Below, in pieces: positions 25,062 through 35,813 of a DNA stretch of 64,000 nucleotides (position 1 is its first letter; each line of letters opens with the position of its first letter). The position numbers and the translations under genes are program-made. The stretch comes from Camelus dromedarius (taxonomy: Eukaryota), in assembly GCF_036321535.1 (NCBI RefSeq), contig NC_087436.1, forward strand, positions 70,060,001 through 70,124,000, read 5' to 3'. The notes under the pieces were generated by a model. That model ran no database searches. It was not told where the DNA came from and worked only from the letters and a program-made list of their open reading frames with translations.

Positions 25062-26879
25062 GTGAGTATTTTCATTTATTTTTCCTAATACAAACAGGTC
25101 ACATCAAACTGAATATTGTCAGAAGTATACTTGAGAGGATAAAACACTAAATATGTCAGAAGAAGCAAAGAGCATCTTAGTTCACAGATGGGATGTTAGA
25201 ACTAAGTTACACAGTCATTATATCCCATAGCAATCATTGTAAGTGGTATTTTCAATTTTTAAAAAAATAGCTAAGCATAGCCTTTCATCCAATCATGAAC
25301 TTTAAGAGATGAAAGGAATCTTAATAGTCAACCAACATAATACTAATTTTATAAAAGAGAAAATGAGTGACATTTTATATTTGTAAAATAAAAGACCACA
25401 TCTTCCCATATGAGTGTGTAACATTATCAAGAATTTCAGTGACAGCTACTATAAAGATTAGATGGAAAATTATGCAAGAGAAATTAAGCATACAAAAGTT
25501 CCCCCAAAATCTTGGGCCATAATCTTAGAAAGTAGATTTAGGAAATCTAAATATTTTTCACCACTATTCTCCTTATTAACGTCCTCGTGTTGTTGTGGCC
25601 TATGCTAAACACACTAATTTCAGTTATTTTTAACTCTCTACAATGTTATGTTTCTGAAAATCTTTAATTAGCAGGAGAAGCATTTACATATTACTGCTTC
25701 CTTTGTTTAATTACACTCTCCAGTTTCTCTGATATATAAAAGGTAATTGATTACACCTACAGTTTAGGAAAATGATGAAGTATCCTTTAATTATATTGCT
25801 TATACGGGATGCAAACAGAAGGATGAGCATTGGCTCAAATCAATACCAGATGTGTATCATGCCCAGAAAAAGGAAGAAGAAACAAAAGGAATGAGAAAAC
25901 ACTGGTATCTCTATCCTGGCTACCATGCTAGGAATTGTGTTACACCTGATATACCATGAAAATATATAATTCTGATTAAAATCTTTATTTTTTGTCTATT
26001 GTACATGCAAATGGAACAGTTTTCTTAAGGAGTTACCCAAGTAAATGCTTTAGGATAAACCTTGCTCAAATGTGTAAATACAAGTCCTAATTATACAAGG
26101 CTTACATAATTAACTAGAGTGGGGTAAGTAAAATCCATGAAAACAATCTCCAAATTTCATATTTAAGTATATAATTTCAACCTTCCGCTCTATGTTTAAT
26201 CCAAGTGTCTAACAAAGAGATAAATTTACAGTTTTGCCTATTTTTTCCTATTTCTCTTACCAGCCCTTGAGCAGAAGTGATTTGCAAAAAGATAAAATAA
26301 AAACAATAATAATAACAGAAACAACAATAGACGAAAGAAGAAAGCATAGGATTCTAGAATATTCCAGTTTATATAATTAGCCTCTATATAATGAAATGTG
26401 GTCTACGGCACCTTAGAACGTAGCTCAAAGTACTGATTTTGGACTGTGCCATCACTGAAACTGAGATTATTCTGAACAGTGAATATAGCCAGACATTACT
26501 AGGCCTTTTTAAACTAGCCTAGCAACTAGAAATTCAAAATCACCAATCTTCATATTTTTTAGATAAATTCCTAATTTCTAATTCCCACATTCCAGTGCAA
26601 CGAGCCATCGTCTCAAGCATCAATGTTTTCTCTCTCTCTCTGCCTCTCTTACTGTTTTCTTTCCTTTTTAACTGACCCTTTAGTCAGCTTATAACAGCAC
26701 CAGGTAATAACTATCTCATAGTTTCATTATGTAAAATAAACATGGCAGCAGAGGTCCCTATCACTATTTATATCTGCACTCTCCTTGACAGGCAGATGGG
26801 CTAGTGCCTAGATAATCACCAAGTGACCTCAGCATAATTATATCACAGATCAAAAATAAAATCCAGTTTTGTATTCCAG

Positions 26880-26948
26880 GCACCAAGTGGAAAAATGAAG
26901 ATTCTCTTGGTCTTTCTAGGTCTGCTTGGTTATTCTGCTGCCATGCCA
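26880..26948 (+). CDS. ENAM: ENAM signal peptide exon, APSGKMKILLVFLGLLGYSAAMP (second ATG at 26895)
   Basis: ttccAG|GCA...ATGCCA|GTgagt; 69 nt; SCPP-type MKILL signal peptide. Confidence 0.97.
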
Positions 26949-27068
26949 GTGAGTATTAAAAAAGTTTAGGTCTTTTCTTTACGTTTTATTGTTGCATAGG
27001 TTGGGGACAGTTATTGGGCTGATTTCAACTGATGTTCTGAATTTGTCACAAATATTCTCTCCTTCCAG

Positions 27069-27113
27069 ATGCAAATGCCCCGAATACCTGGATTTAGCAG
27101 TAAAAGTGAGGAG
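27069..27113 (+). CDS. ENAM: ENAM exon MQMPRIPGFSSKSEE (S-x-E FAM20C site)
   Basis: ttccAG|ATG...GAGGAG|GTatgt; 45 nt. Confidence 0.97.
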
Positions 27114-27814
27114 GTATGTATGTTCAGTCTCAGGAGAGACATTTTCCAGAGCCCTGTCCTGAGAGTTCATTTTAAAGGGAGAATATTGGAAAACTTTCTG
27201 ACATAAAATTTCTCATGAACAAGGTAGAGAGACTCTATACCTCTTAAGCTTTCAAATCAAGGCGAAGTAGTTACTTCCCCAGTATTATCCCACCTATGTG
27301 CTTCAATATTTCTTTTCAAGATAAACATGAATTCCGTTAAAGTATAGTTAACGTTAGCTTCTTTGCTAAGTTTTCAAGCTGGCAAAGGTAGCCATTCCAC
27401 CAAAGGTTGTTATAAGGTAAACACTTAAGTATATAAATATATTTTACATGACTTGTAACCAAGATCATTAGCCAAGCTCAAACCACAACAGAAAGGAGAA
27501 TCATCTTTTCATAGAAATACCACATTCGTAAACTCTGAACTCCAAAAGTAGAGCAGAATATTCAAAAACTTCAGTGTAGACAAGATTTTTATTCTCTATT
27601 ACTCTATATTGATTCTTTTCAAAATAAAATTCTGACTTAGAAATAAAATGCCATAGAAGTTTTTTAATTGCATACTTATTTTAAATTCATGCGTAATTAG
27701 TAAAAGACTTTATGACTGTTGTACCTAAAAACCAGAAGTTTACTTATTTCTTGTGATTTCATTGAATAAAAAATTTTCACTTTGTGCCACATTAATACAT
27801 TCCTTTGGTCACAG

Positions 27815-27856
27815 ATGATGCGCTACGGTCACTTCAACTTTATGAATTCCCCACAT
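27815..27856 (+). CDS. ENAM: ENAM exon MMRYGHFNFMNSPH
   Basis: cacAG|ATGATG...CCACAT|GTaagt; 42 nt. Confidence 0.97.
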
Positions 27857-29414
27857 GTAAGTTTCACTTTATATTATTTCTAATGATTTCTTGTTTATAT
27901 ATAGATAATTATAAGGTTTGTCTTAGCTAATAAAGATATCAATAGATATCCACGATTTAATTAATCATTATAAGAGTTTCAAGGAAGAAAAATCATTTCA
28001 CCTGTCCTCTTACACCAAACTATCTTCTTATTCATTAATATGGTACTTTCATGTAGATAAAAACTTTCCTTAATTACAAGGTTTCTTCATGTCTGAAAGA
28101 AATTGGTTCTGGAAAAAGATTACATAAGATATATTTACAAATAATGAGAACAAAAAAATAGCATAAGTAAATACTGAGGGGTGTAAATTTTATTTGAATT
28201 ATCTTGAAAGATAACACTAAAATTATGAAATAAGTTTTCATGCAACCTTTAAAATTTAGGTTATACTTCCTACTATGTGCTAATTCTTAGAGCTAATTAA
28301 AAATGAACCAAGTATCAGTTGAATCTTTTGGCACAACTTTTCTGAAAAAAATTATATGATAGGACAATAATATTATATGTTACTTTGACTTTTGTGACAT
28401 GATAATGAGAACCAATGGCGGGGGTGGAATCAAAGGCTTCACCAATTTTTCTCTTAATCCTTTTCATTCAAGTCATTCTCTTTTAAAGCCCCTCACCTAA
28501 AATCATCATCATTGTCCATTTTCTCTTCTTCAGCTACTGGTTGGCCCAACTCTTTCAAACACTCATTCTCAGTTTTAGCAATTTTGCCAATGGTTTGAAA
28601 TTTTCACCAACTTAATTGTCATGAAATTCTACATCTTAATGCAAGATTTGGTACTTCACCTTCCACTGATCTGCATGGCACTTGCATTATTTGTATGTCA
28701 TTGTATTGTTTGTATATTGTTTGCTTGTACATCATCCATAACAGGGAGAGACTGATTAATGAAGAATGGAGGTAGAAAGTGGTGTTAAATCAGAGAGGGA
28801 GGGTGTTTGAATGGGACTTGTTGTTGAAAGAGGTCAATTTATACATTAGCTTTTTCAGATTATAACTACTTTTGCTTCCCTGCAACCCTGTAATGGGGAA
28901 GATTTTCACAATGAAAACAGAACTGATGAGGATTCACCCATAATCAAGAAGCCTAGGCACCATGGAATTTTTATTCTTTCCCTCTTTCTCTTTTTGTTTC
29001 GACACTCTCTCTTCCTTTGTCTTCTTCTTCCTCTTTCTCCTCCTTGTCCAGCCTGTAACAAGGCACAGGAGTTCTGAATTTGACATCAACTCCTCTGTAA
29101 CCTGACTTGTACACTTCCTACCAGAGTTAGGGCTTCAGAGTTGGAAAATCGTAAGTCAAATTCTTAAACTGAAATTTCTCACCTAATTCTGCCTTTTGCT
29201 TTGTTTGTTTGGTTGTTTGGTTTTCTGAAAGACATATTCATTTCTATAAGACAATATGTAAAGAAATGCTAGCTACAAATCTTGAAGCTTCCATTGTTAA
29301 GTTTCATAGGCTTTTTAAGATCCTTAGCTGAGTTTTGGAGATTGACAGTAGAGAGAGGGGACAGCTGGAATCTCGGCCGTCATGTGATTTTGCTGTTATT
29401 TGTTACCCTTGCAG

Positions 29415-29690
29415 ATGGCACACCTGGGCCCCTTGTATGGCCATGGTATGCAGATTCCTCAGCTCTTCCCCCAGTATCAGATGCCCATGTGGCCTCAGCC
29501 ACCACCCAAGGTGAATCACCCACAGAAACCTTCATCTCCCTCAACACCCAATCACCAGAGCAACACTGATCAAGCCCCAGAGACCCAGCAACCCGACCAG
29601 CCTCAACCTCAAAAGCTCCCACCAAAATGGCCTTCAAAGCAGCCATCACCCACCCCAACTCAGCCCCAAGAGGAAGCCCGGACACCTGAG
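29415..29690 (+). CDS. ENAM: ENAM P/Q-rich exon, MAHLGPLYGHG...EEARTPE (92 aa)
   Basis: ttgcAG|ATGGCA...CCTGAG|GTgagg; 276 nt; within ORF 29400..29708. Confidence 0.97.
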
Positions 29691-30349
29691 GTGAGGCTTG
29701 CCCACTAAAATTCCAAACCAGAGTCATAAATGGTCTCAGAGGGACTGGGAGGCCATGCAGCCCCTACAAACACACTTCCTCCAATGCTCCTCAATGTGGG
29801 TACTACTATGTATGAAACAGAATCACTAGTTTTGACACTTTTTCCAAGGTGATGCTGTCACCACCTATCCAAAACTGCCTAGCAAGTTTATTCCAGCCTT
29901 CATCTGATTAAAAGTTACCCAAACACTGTCACCCTAAAGAAACTCCTTTTAAAATACAGGGGCAACATGGTATAAACATGAGCACCAATAGAAGAGTCAG
30001 AGAACAGAGATTTGAATTCTATCCCAGCCCTTATTAGTTGTATTATCTCGAGCAAGTCACTTTGCCTTTATAGACTCCAGGTTCATCATGAGTAAATGAA
30101 ATATGCTCTAAGTCCCTTCCAGATCTATGTTTTGATGATCTAAAATATTGCCCTGAAAGTTAACACTGCTTCCAGGACTTCAGGATTGCATGAGTGTAGT
30201 CCTGACTTAAAGTCCTGACTTAAATGCAGATGGTTTCTCAAGATCTCATTCAGTGTGGAGCTTCTAAAATACTCTTTTAGTCAACTAACATTCATTATCA
30301 AACACTATTATAGATGTAGAGAATACAAAACTGAATCAAAGGACATTTT

Positions 30350-31030
30350 TGGATTTGAATTCTGGCTTCAATCATTTACCAGATATGAGATTTGGGGCAA
30401 GTGACTTAACTTCTCTGAACCTCAGAATCTACAGTGAAATAGGGATAATAATAGCACATATCTTCTGTGGTTATGCGAGGATTAAATGAGCTTACCAATA
30501 TAAAATGCTCAATAAATTGGGAATTCAAAAATGGCACTTCTTAGGGAGTGATGGAAATGTTAGCTATCTTGATCGTGGTAGTGGTTTCATTGGTGTGCAC
30601 ATCTATCAAAATTCATCAAACTGTACATTTGAAATATGTAGGTTACTGCACAGGAACCATACCACAATAAAAGTGTTAAAAAAAAAAAAAAAACTATGGT
30701 TACCAAAGAGGAAAGGGCAGGGAGGGGTAAATTAGGGGCTGGGGATTAACAGACACACATAACTGTATATAAAACAGATAAAAATCAAGGACCTACTTTA
30801 TAGCACAGGGAACTATATTCAATTTCTTATAATAACATATAATAGAAAAGGATCTGAAAAGAAAAAATATATATGTATGTATGTGTACAACTGAATCACT
30901 TTGCTATACACCTGAAACTAAGGCTGTAAATCAACTACACTTCAATAAAATCAAAAATATGCATATATAAAATGCTCAGCACAGTACCTAGAACATAAGT
31001 GCTCAATAATACTAATTATTGTTATTATTA
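30350..31030 (+). mobile_element. MIR interrupted by two stacked L1 3' ends (30512-30692 and 30693-30964)
   Basis: MIR core ggggcaagtgacttaacttctctgaacctcag resumes after the insert; 14-nt TSD atataaaatgctca at 30498-30511 and 30965-30978; poly(A) between the two L1 tails. Confidence 0.75.
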
Positions 31031-31181
31031 TTATCTCTGTCCTTTAAAAAATTCACAGTTAAAAGCAAAAGAAAACGTAGATTTCCAAGTTTCAAATAAT
31101 TGTCTTTAATTAAAAAGTTTGTTTCATTTTTCATCTGCTCTTCTCATTTCCACATCAACCTGATTCTTCTGTTCTCTCTAG

Positions 31182-31244
31182 GCATTCCTACCATTCGGCA
31201 ATGGGCTATTTCCCTACCAACAGCCACCGTGGCATGTTCCACAC
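31182..31244 (+). CDS. ENAM: ENAM exon AFLPFGNGLFPYQQPPWHVPH
   Basis: ctctAG|GCA...CCACAC|GTgagt; 63 nt. Confidence 0.97.
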
Positions 31245-32363
31245 GTGAGTTTTTTCCCTTATGCTAGAAATGAAAAATAATATTAGCATGTTCTGTCCCA
31301 TACTAATCTGAATTCATATGTTCTAAATGAAATGCCATATGCCAATCAGAAGAGAGTATGAAACAAAATCATCACATCAGTAGGAAAAAAAGAATTTGTA
31401 CTCAAATTGGTGAGATGAACACAGCCTAAATGACCCAACACTACTACTAACTTAGTTAATGAATTAATTTTAAAGGGCTATGCTCCTTTATTACTATTCC
31501 TCACCTAAGAGATTAGAAAACACAAGGATTATCCTCATTTAGTTTAACAGGAAAAATGGGACAAAATGGAGTTTGAAAATCATAAGATGAGCTATGAATC
31601 AGAATAAGATTTTTCCATTATATCTTATTATTTCTAGTCAAAGATATTTCATTATAAAGAATTGTGTAACATAATAATTACAAGAATCCTTTAAAGTTTA
31701 AAATCATTAAAGCATAATATTGAAATCGCATGACAAGCATTTAAAGTAAGAATCAAAAAATACACTATTTGAACTAAATAAATATTAAAGGCCAGGTGAA
31801 GTTAAATTAATAACAACAACAACAATAAATATTTGATGACTCTTCATTCAGCTATGGCATTGGTCTTCCTTGTCTACAACTTTACAAGCAAGAGGCTTCT
31901 TATCACTAAGGAACAATTCATTTCAAGGAGTAAAAGTTCTCTACTTTTTTTTTCCTTAAAAAGAGTGACATCCTTTTAACCAGTAATACTGAACTGAGAA
32001 AACTAAAGCAGTACCAGGCGAAGAGTTAAAGAGCACGTAAACACGGTTCTCTTGCTGAAATAGCTATTAATCTCACCTGCACAGAACTTCTTGAAAGTCT
32101 GTGGGAGCGGAACTAATTTTCTAAACCCTCCCCTGAGAAGAAACTCAGCCTCCAAGTTTGATTTGGAAAATAAACCTTGGTTTATTAAATATTACATTTA
32201 ATAATAAAAAATAAACATAAATAAAATATTATAGTAATAATCCAGAAAGAATTATCAATTTGTCACCTTAAATGTGAAGTACATTCTCAAAATAACATCA
32301 TTATTTAATCTCTATTATTAGATATTCAAATATGGATGTTTGGATCTTAATACCACTCAAATC

Positions 32364-32394
<31 letters not shown>

Positions 32395-32395
32395 A
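32364..32395. repeat. (TG)n(CG)n(TG)n alternating purine-pyrimidine tract
   Basis: tgtgtgtgtgtgtgtgtgcgcgcgcgtgtgta read directly. Confidence 0.95.
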
Positions 32396-32667
32396 GGTAT
32401 TGGTGACGGGGCAGGGCAACTGTGAGGAGATGCAGCCTCACATGGTATTTTGAGTAAGATAACCTAGGATCCCACTGAAGCCTTTGTATTCACTGATGGT
32501 TATGTCATAATTATTAATCACTAGATTGTAAGAGCTAATGACTCATAAGCTAAAAGGCAGTAACAGTGCTAACACTGACTTGAACTATTTTTAAAACACC
32601 TTGAGCTTTACAAATAGCAGCATAGAAAGTGGTTTTCTCTGTGTTCATTGTGTTTTTCACCTTTCAG

Positions 32668-32718
32668 AGGGTACCAACAGGCTATGGACGTCCAGCAGTC
32701 AGCAATGAAGAAGGCGGG
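32668..32718 (+). CDS. ENAM: ENAM exon RVPTGYGRPAVSNEEGG (S-x-E site)
   Basis: tttcAG|AGG...GGCGGG|GTaagt; 51 nt. Confidence 0.97.
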
Positions 32719-32951
32719 GTAAGTACAAACAAAGCTGTATTTCTCATTAGGAATTACAATCCGAAAGTCTCTGCTTGTTGGATCCCCATCTAATAAGAAA
32801 GTTAAAATCCAACACATGAACCTGTAACTCAAGTAGTCATGATTTTAAAAAGAAGTGAAACAAACCAAGTCAGTAACCTAAAATAAAATAAATGTGATAT
32901 ATCATTTCTCCTCTACATGTATTAAAATCACTCTCTCTCTCAGTCTCCTTA

Positions 32952-32985
<34 letters not shown>

Positions 32986-34228
32986 AGAAGGCTAATCTAA
33001 TAACTTTTGCTCAGGGTTGATGCTGGACTCTAAACAGTGATGGGACAACTAGTGAACAGGAATGAAGTAAAATTATCTTAGAATGTTATCCCTTGGAGGG
33101 AGTTAAGTAATCACTTAATGCCCTCATTGTACAAATAAATTGAAGCCTAGAGAAGATAAATTACTATCCAATTTCACCTACTGAGCCAATTGATAAACTG
33201 GACCCAAAACCTAAGTCCTCTGATATTCTGTCCAATGTTTTTTTAGGACACCACACTAGGAGAGGGGCCAAATTCATGTCACAGAGTGATACACTGTTTA
33301 AATATTCTGGCACTGTGTCATCAAAAAAGCCATTGCAGTGATTGTGGCACAGCACCCGACCCCTAGAGCAAACTTCGTCTTTCTCCCTGAATAACTGCTA
33401 CGTCACCAGTGAAATACAGAAAACTGACAGCTCTGGAGCATGGGGGCTGAGGGGCAAGTAGTCAAAATAATGACATTGAAAACTCCTATGTCAGTAACGG
33501 CATAAGGTGCTTTCAGATGTATCTTGTCAAATAATTCCCCAATAAAAATTATTCAAACAAGTGTATGCAACCTAGAAACGGGTTCAGATTTTCACAAACG
33601 TTTCACGGGACAGTGAAGCAGGCAGTTAGCACAGGAATTAAGAAATCTGTATTCCATCTCCTGGGGACACTGCCTGATTTCCTGCATGCTGTCAGAGACA
33701 TATCCTCACCCATCTGTCTCTTCATCTCTATTCACAGATAAGGATTAAAATACTTTATCTCTAGATTGCATTTGTTTTAAAAGAAAAACTAAATGACCCA
33801 AATGTCTAACAAACACACTGACTGACAGAGCTCATGAGGATTACATCATTCATTAACCAAACATTTACTAAGCAATTCCCACTGTGATAAAGTGCTGGGG
33901 AAAACAAAAATGAGAAGAATGCTTTCACACAAAAACTTCACATGGGAGAGTCAAGTGGGAGAATCCCAGAAAAATAGGCAACCAAAATTCAGCGGGATAA
34001 TTGCCAGAGCAGAAGCCTATATTTCTGTGGACATCCAGGAGTAGAGCCTAATTCTGCCCAAGGAAGCCAGGACAGAGAAGGGAGCATTCAAGCTGAGTCC
34101 TGAAGATGAATCAAGTTCTCCAGGAGGGATAAACGTGTAGGTGAAGAGAAAGTTCAGTCTGAAGAGGCCATGTGCAAAGGAACTGGAACAAAGAACGGAG
34201 TACTCAGAGAGCTTGTAGTAGTTGTGAC

Positions 34229-34590
34229 TTTTTAAAATTATTATTTATTGTAGTAAGGACACTTAATTTACCCTCTCAACAAATTCTGAAGTATACAATA
34301 CAGCACTGTTGCCTATAGGTACAATGTTCTACAGCAGATCTCAAGAGCTTATTCATCTTGCTTAACTGAAACTTTAAGCCCATTGATTAGTAACACCCCA
34401 CTTCCCCCTCCCTCCAGCCCTTGACAATCACCATTCCACTTTTTCATTTTATGAATGTGACTGTTTCAGATACCTCATATAATGGAATCATGCAGTATTC
34501 ATCTTTCTGTGACTGGCTTATCTCTTAGCATAATGTCCTCAAGGTTCACCCATGTTGGTACATATTCAGGGTCTCCTTCTTTTTGAATAT
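34229..34590 (-). mobile_element. Old L1 (L1MA/L1MB-type) 3' UTR fragment in last ENAM intron
   Basis: gtatacaatacagcactgtt...ctacagcagatc...ttattcatcttgcttaactgaaact...gactggcttatctcttagcataatgtcctcaaggttc. Confidence 0.8.
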
Positions 34591-35813
34591 CATTGAGAAT
34601 AGTGCTACAACTAGTTGTGATTTACAACCGCATAAAGAACAAGGGGAGGAAATGAGGCTGGATATAATTGTTATGAGCCAGATGATTATTTAAAATAATA
34701 ATAATAATAATAATATATAATATATAACACTTGTCAGGCACTTCCTAAGTAGCAGGCACCGAGCTTTACATACGTTACTTCATTTGACCCTCATGATAAC
34801 CCCTGAGAAAGATATTATTTGATTGTCTGCATTTTACAGATGAATAAACTGAGGTCAGCCCAGAGTCATCCTACTAGTACTGGTGGAATAGGGATTTTAA
34901 CCTATATTTGTCTAAAGCCCCACTCTTTAGCCCCATGCTTTGTGTTATGTTATGGTTTACAGTTAATCCTGTAAAGTAAGGACAACTTTAATTAATATTT
35001 AAGGAGGAAAGTGACAGAACTTTCCGACACACCCACCCCCACTACTACTCCACTACTCTGATGGCAACGGAGAGGCAAGATTAGAGGAAAGTAAAATTAT
35101 ATCCAGAGAAACTAGTAAGAAAATTGTTAGAATAATTCAGGGGTATTGGGAATAAAGGAGAGGGGACAAGGATGAAACTTTAGATTTTATAGGATCTGGT
35201 TATTAATTGTCTGGGGGAAATACAGGAGAGAGTGGAAACTTGGGAAAGTGGGTGGACAGTGGTGAATGCTGCTTAGATAGAGAATACTGGAGAATGAGGT
35301 TTTGGGGAAGATGAGTCCAGTCTGTGTACATCCAGTTGGAGGTACATGTAAGATATTTAGTGTAGCAGTCTTGCTGTCTCAACCTCAGGAGACACTGTCA
35401 TGGGTCAGAGTTATAGTTTTAGGAGTCACTGGCACATATCTTATTGAAAGAATTGGCCTGCAAGAGATTGCTCAAAGCAGGTGTGTAAAATGAGAACAGA
35501 ATAATACGGTGGATAGAGGATGGAATCCTAAAAAAAAACAAACACAAACAAACAAACAAAACCTTAGACTCCAGGCCTAGGAAGAGAAAATTGAGAAGTA
35601 ATGGTCAGAAAGTTAGAGTACCAGACGAGAGAACCAGAAGGGGCAGAGGGGTCATGGAACCAAGGAGGAATCAAATTTCAAGAAAGAAAGCATAGCCGCT
35701 GGTGTTAAAAGAAGTATGCGCTAATAAGATTTTTCTATCACTTTCAAAAATTCCGAGAAGCACCATAGTAGGAAACAAAGAGTAATTATCGATTTCCATC
35801 TTCTTCCCTACAG

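Noticed and set aside
29380-29727. 115-aa minus-strand ORF
   Set aside because: Antisense shadow of the ENAM P/Q-rich exon
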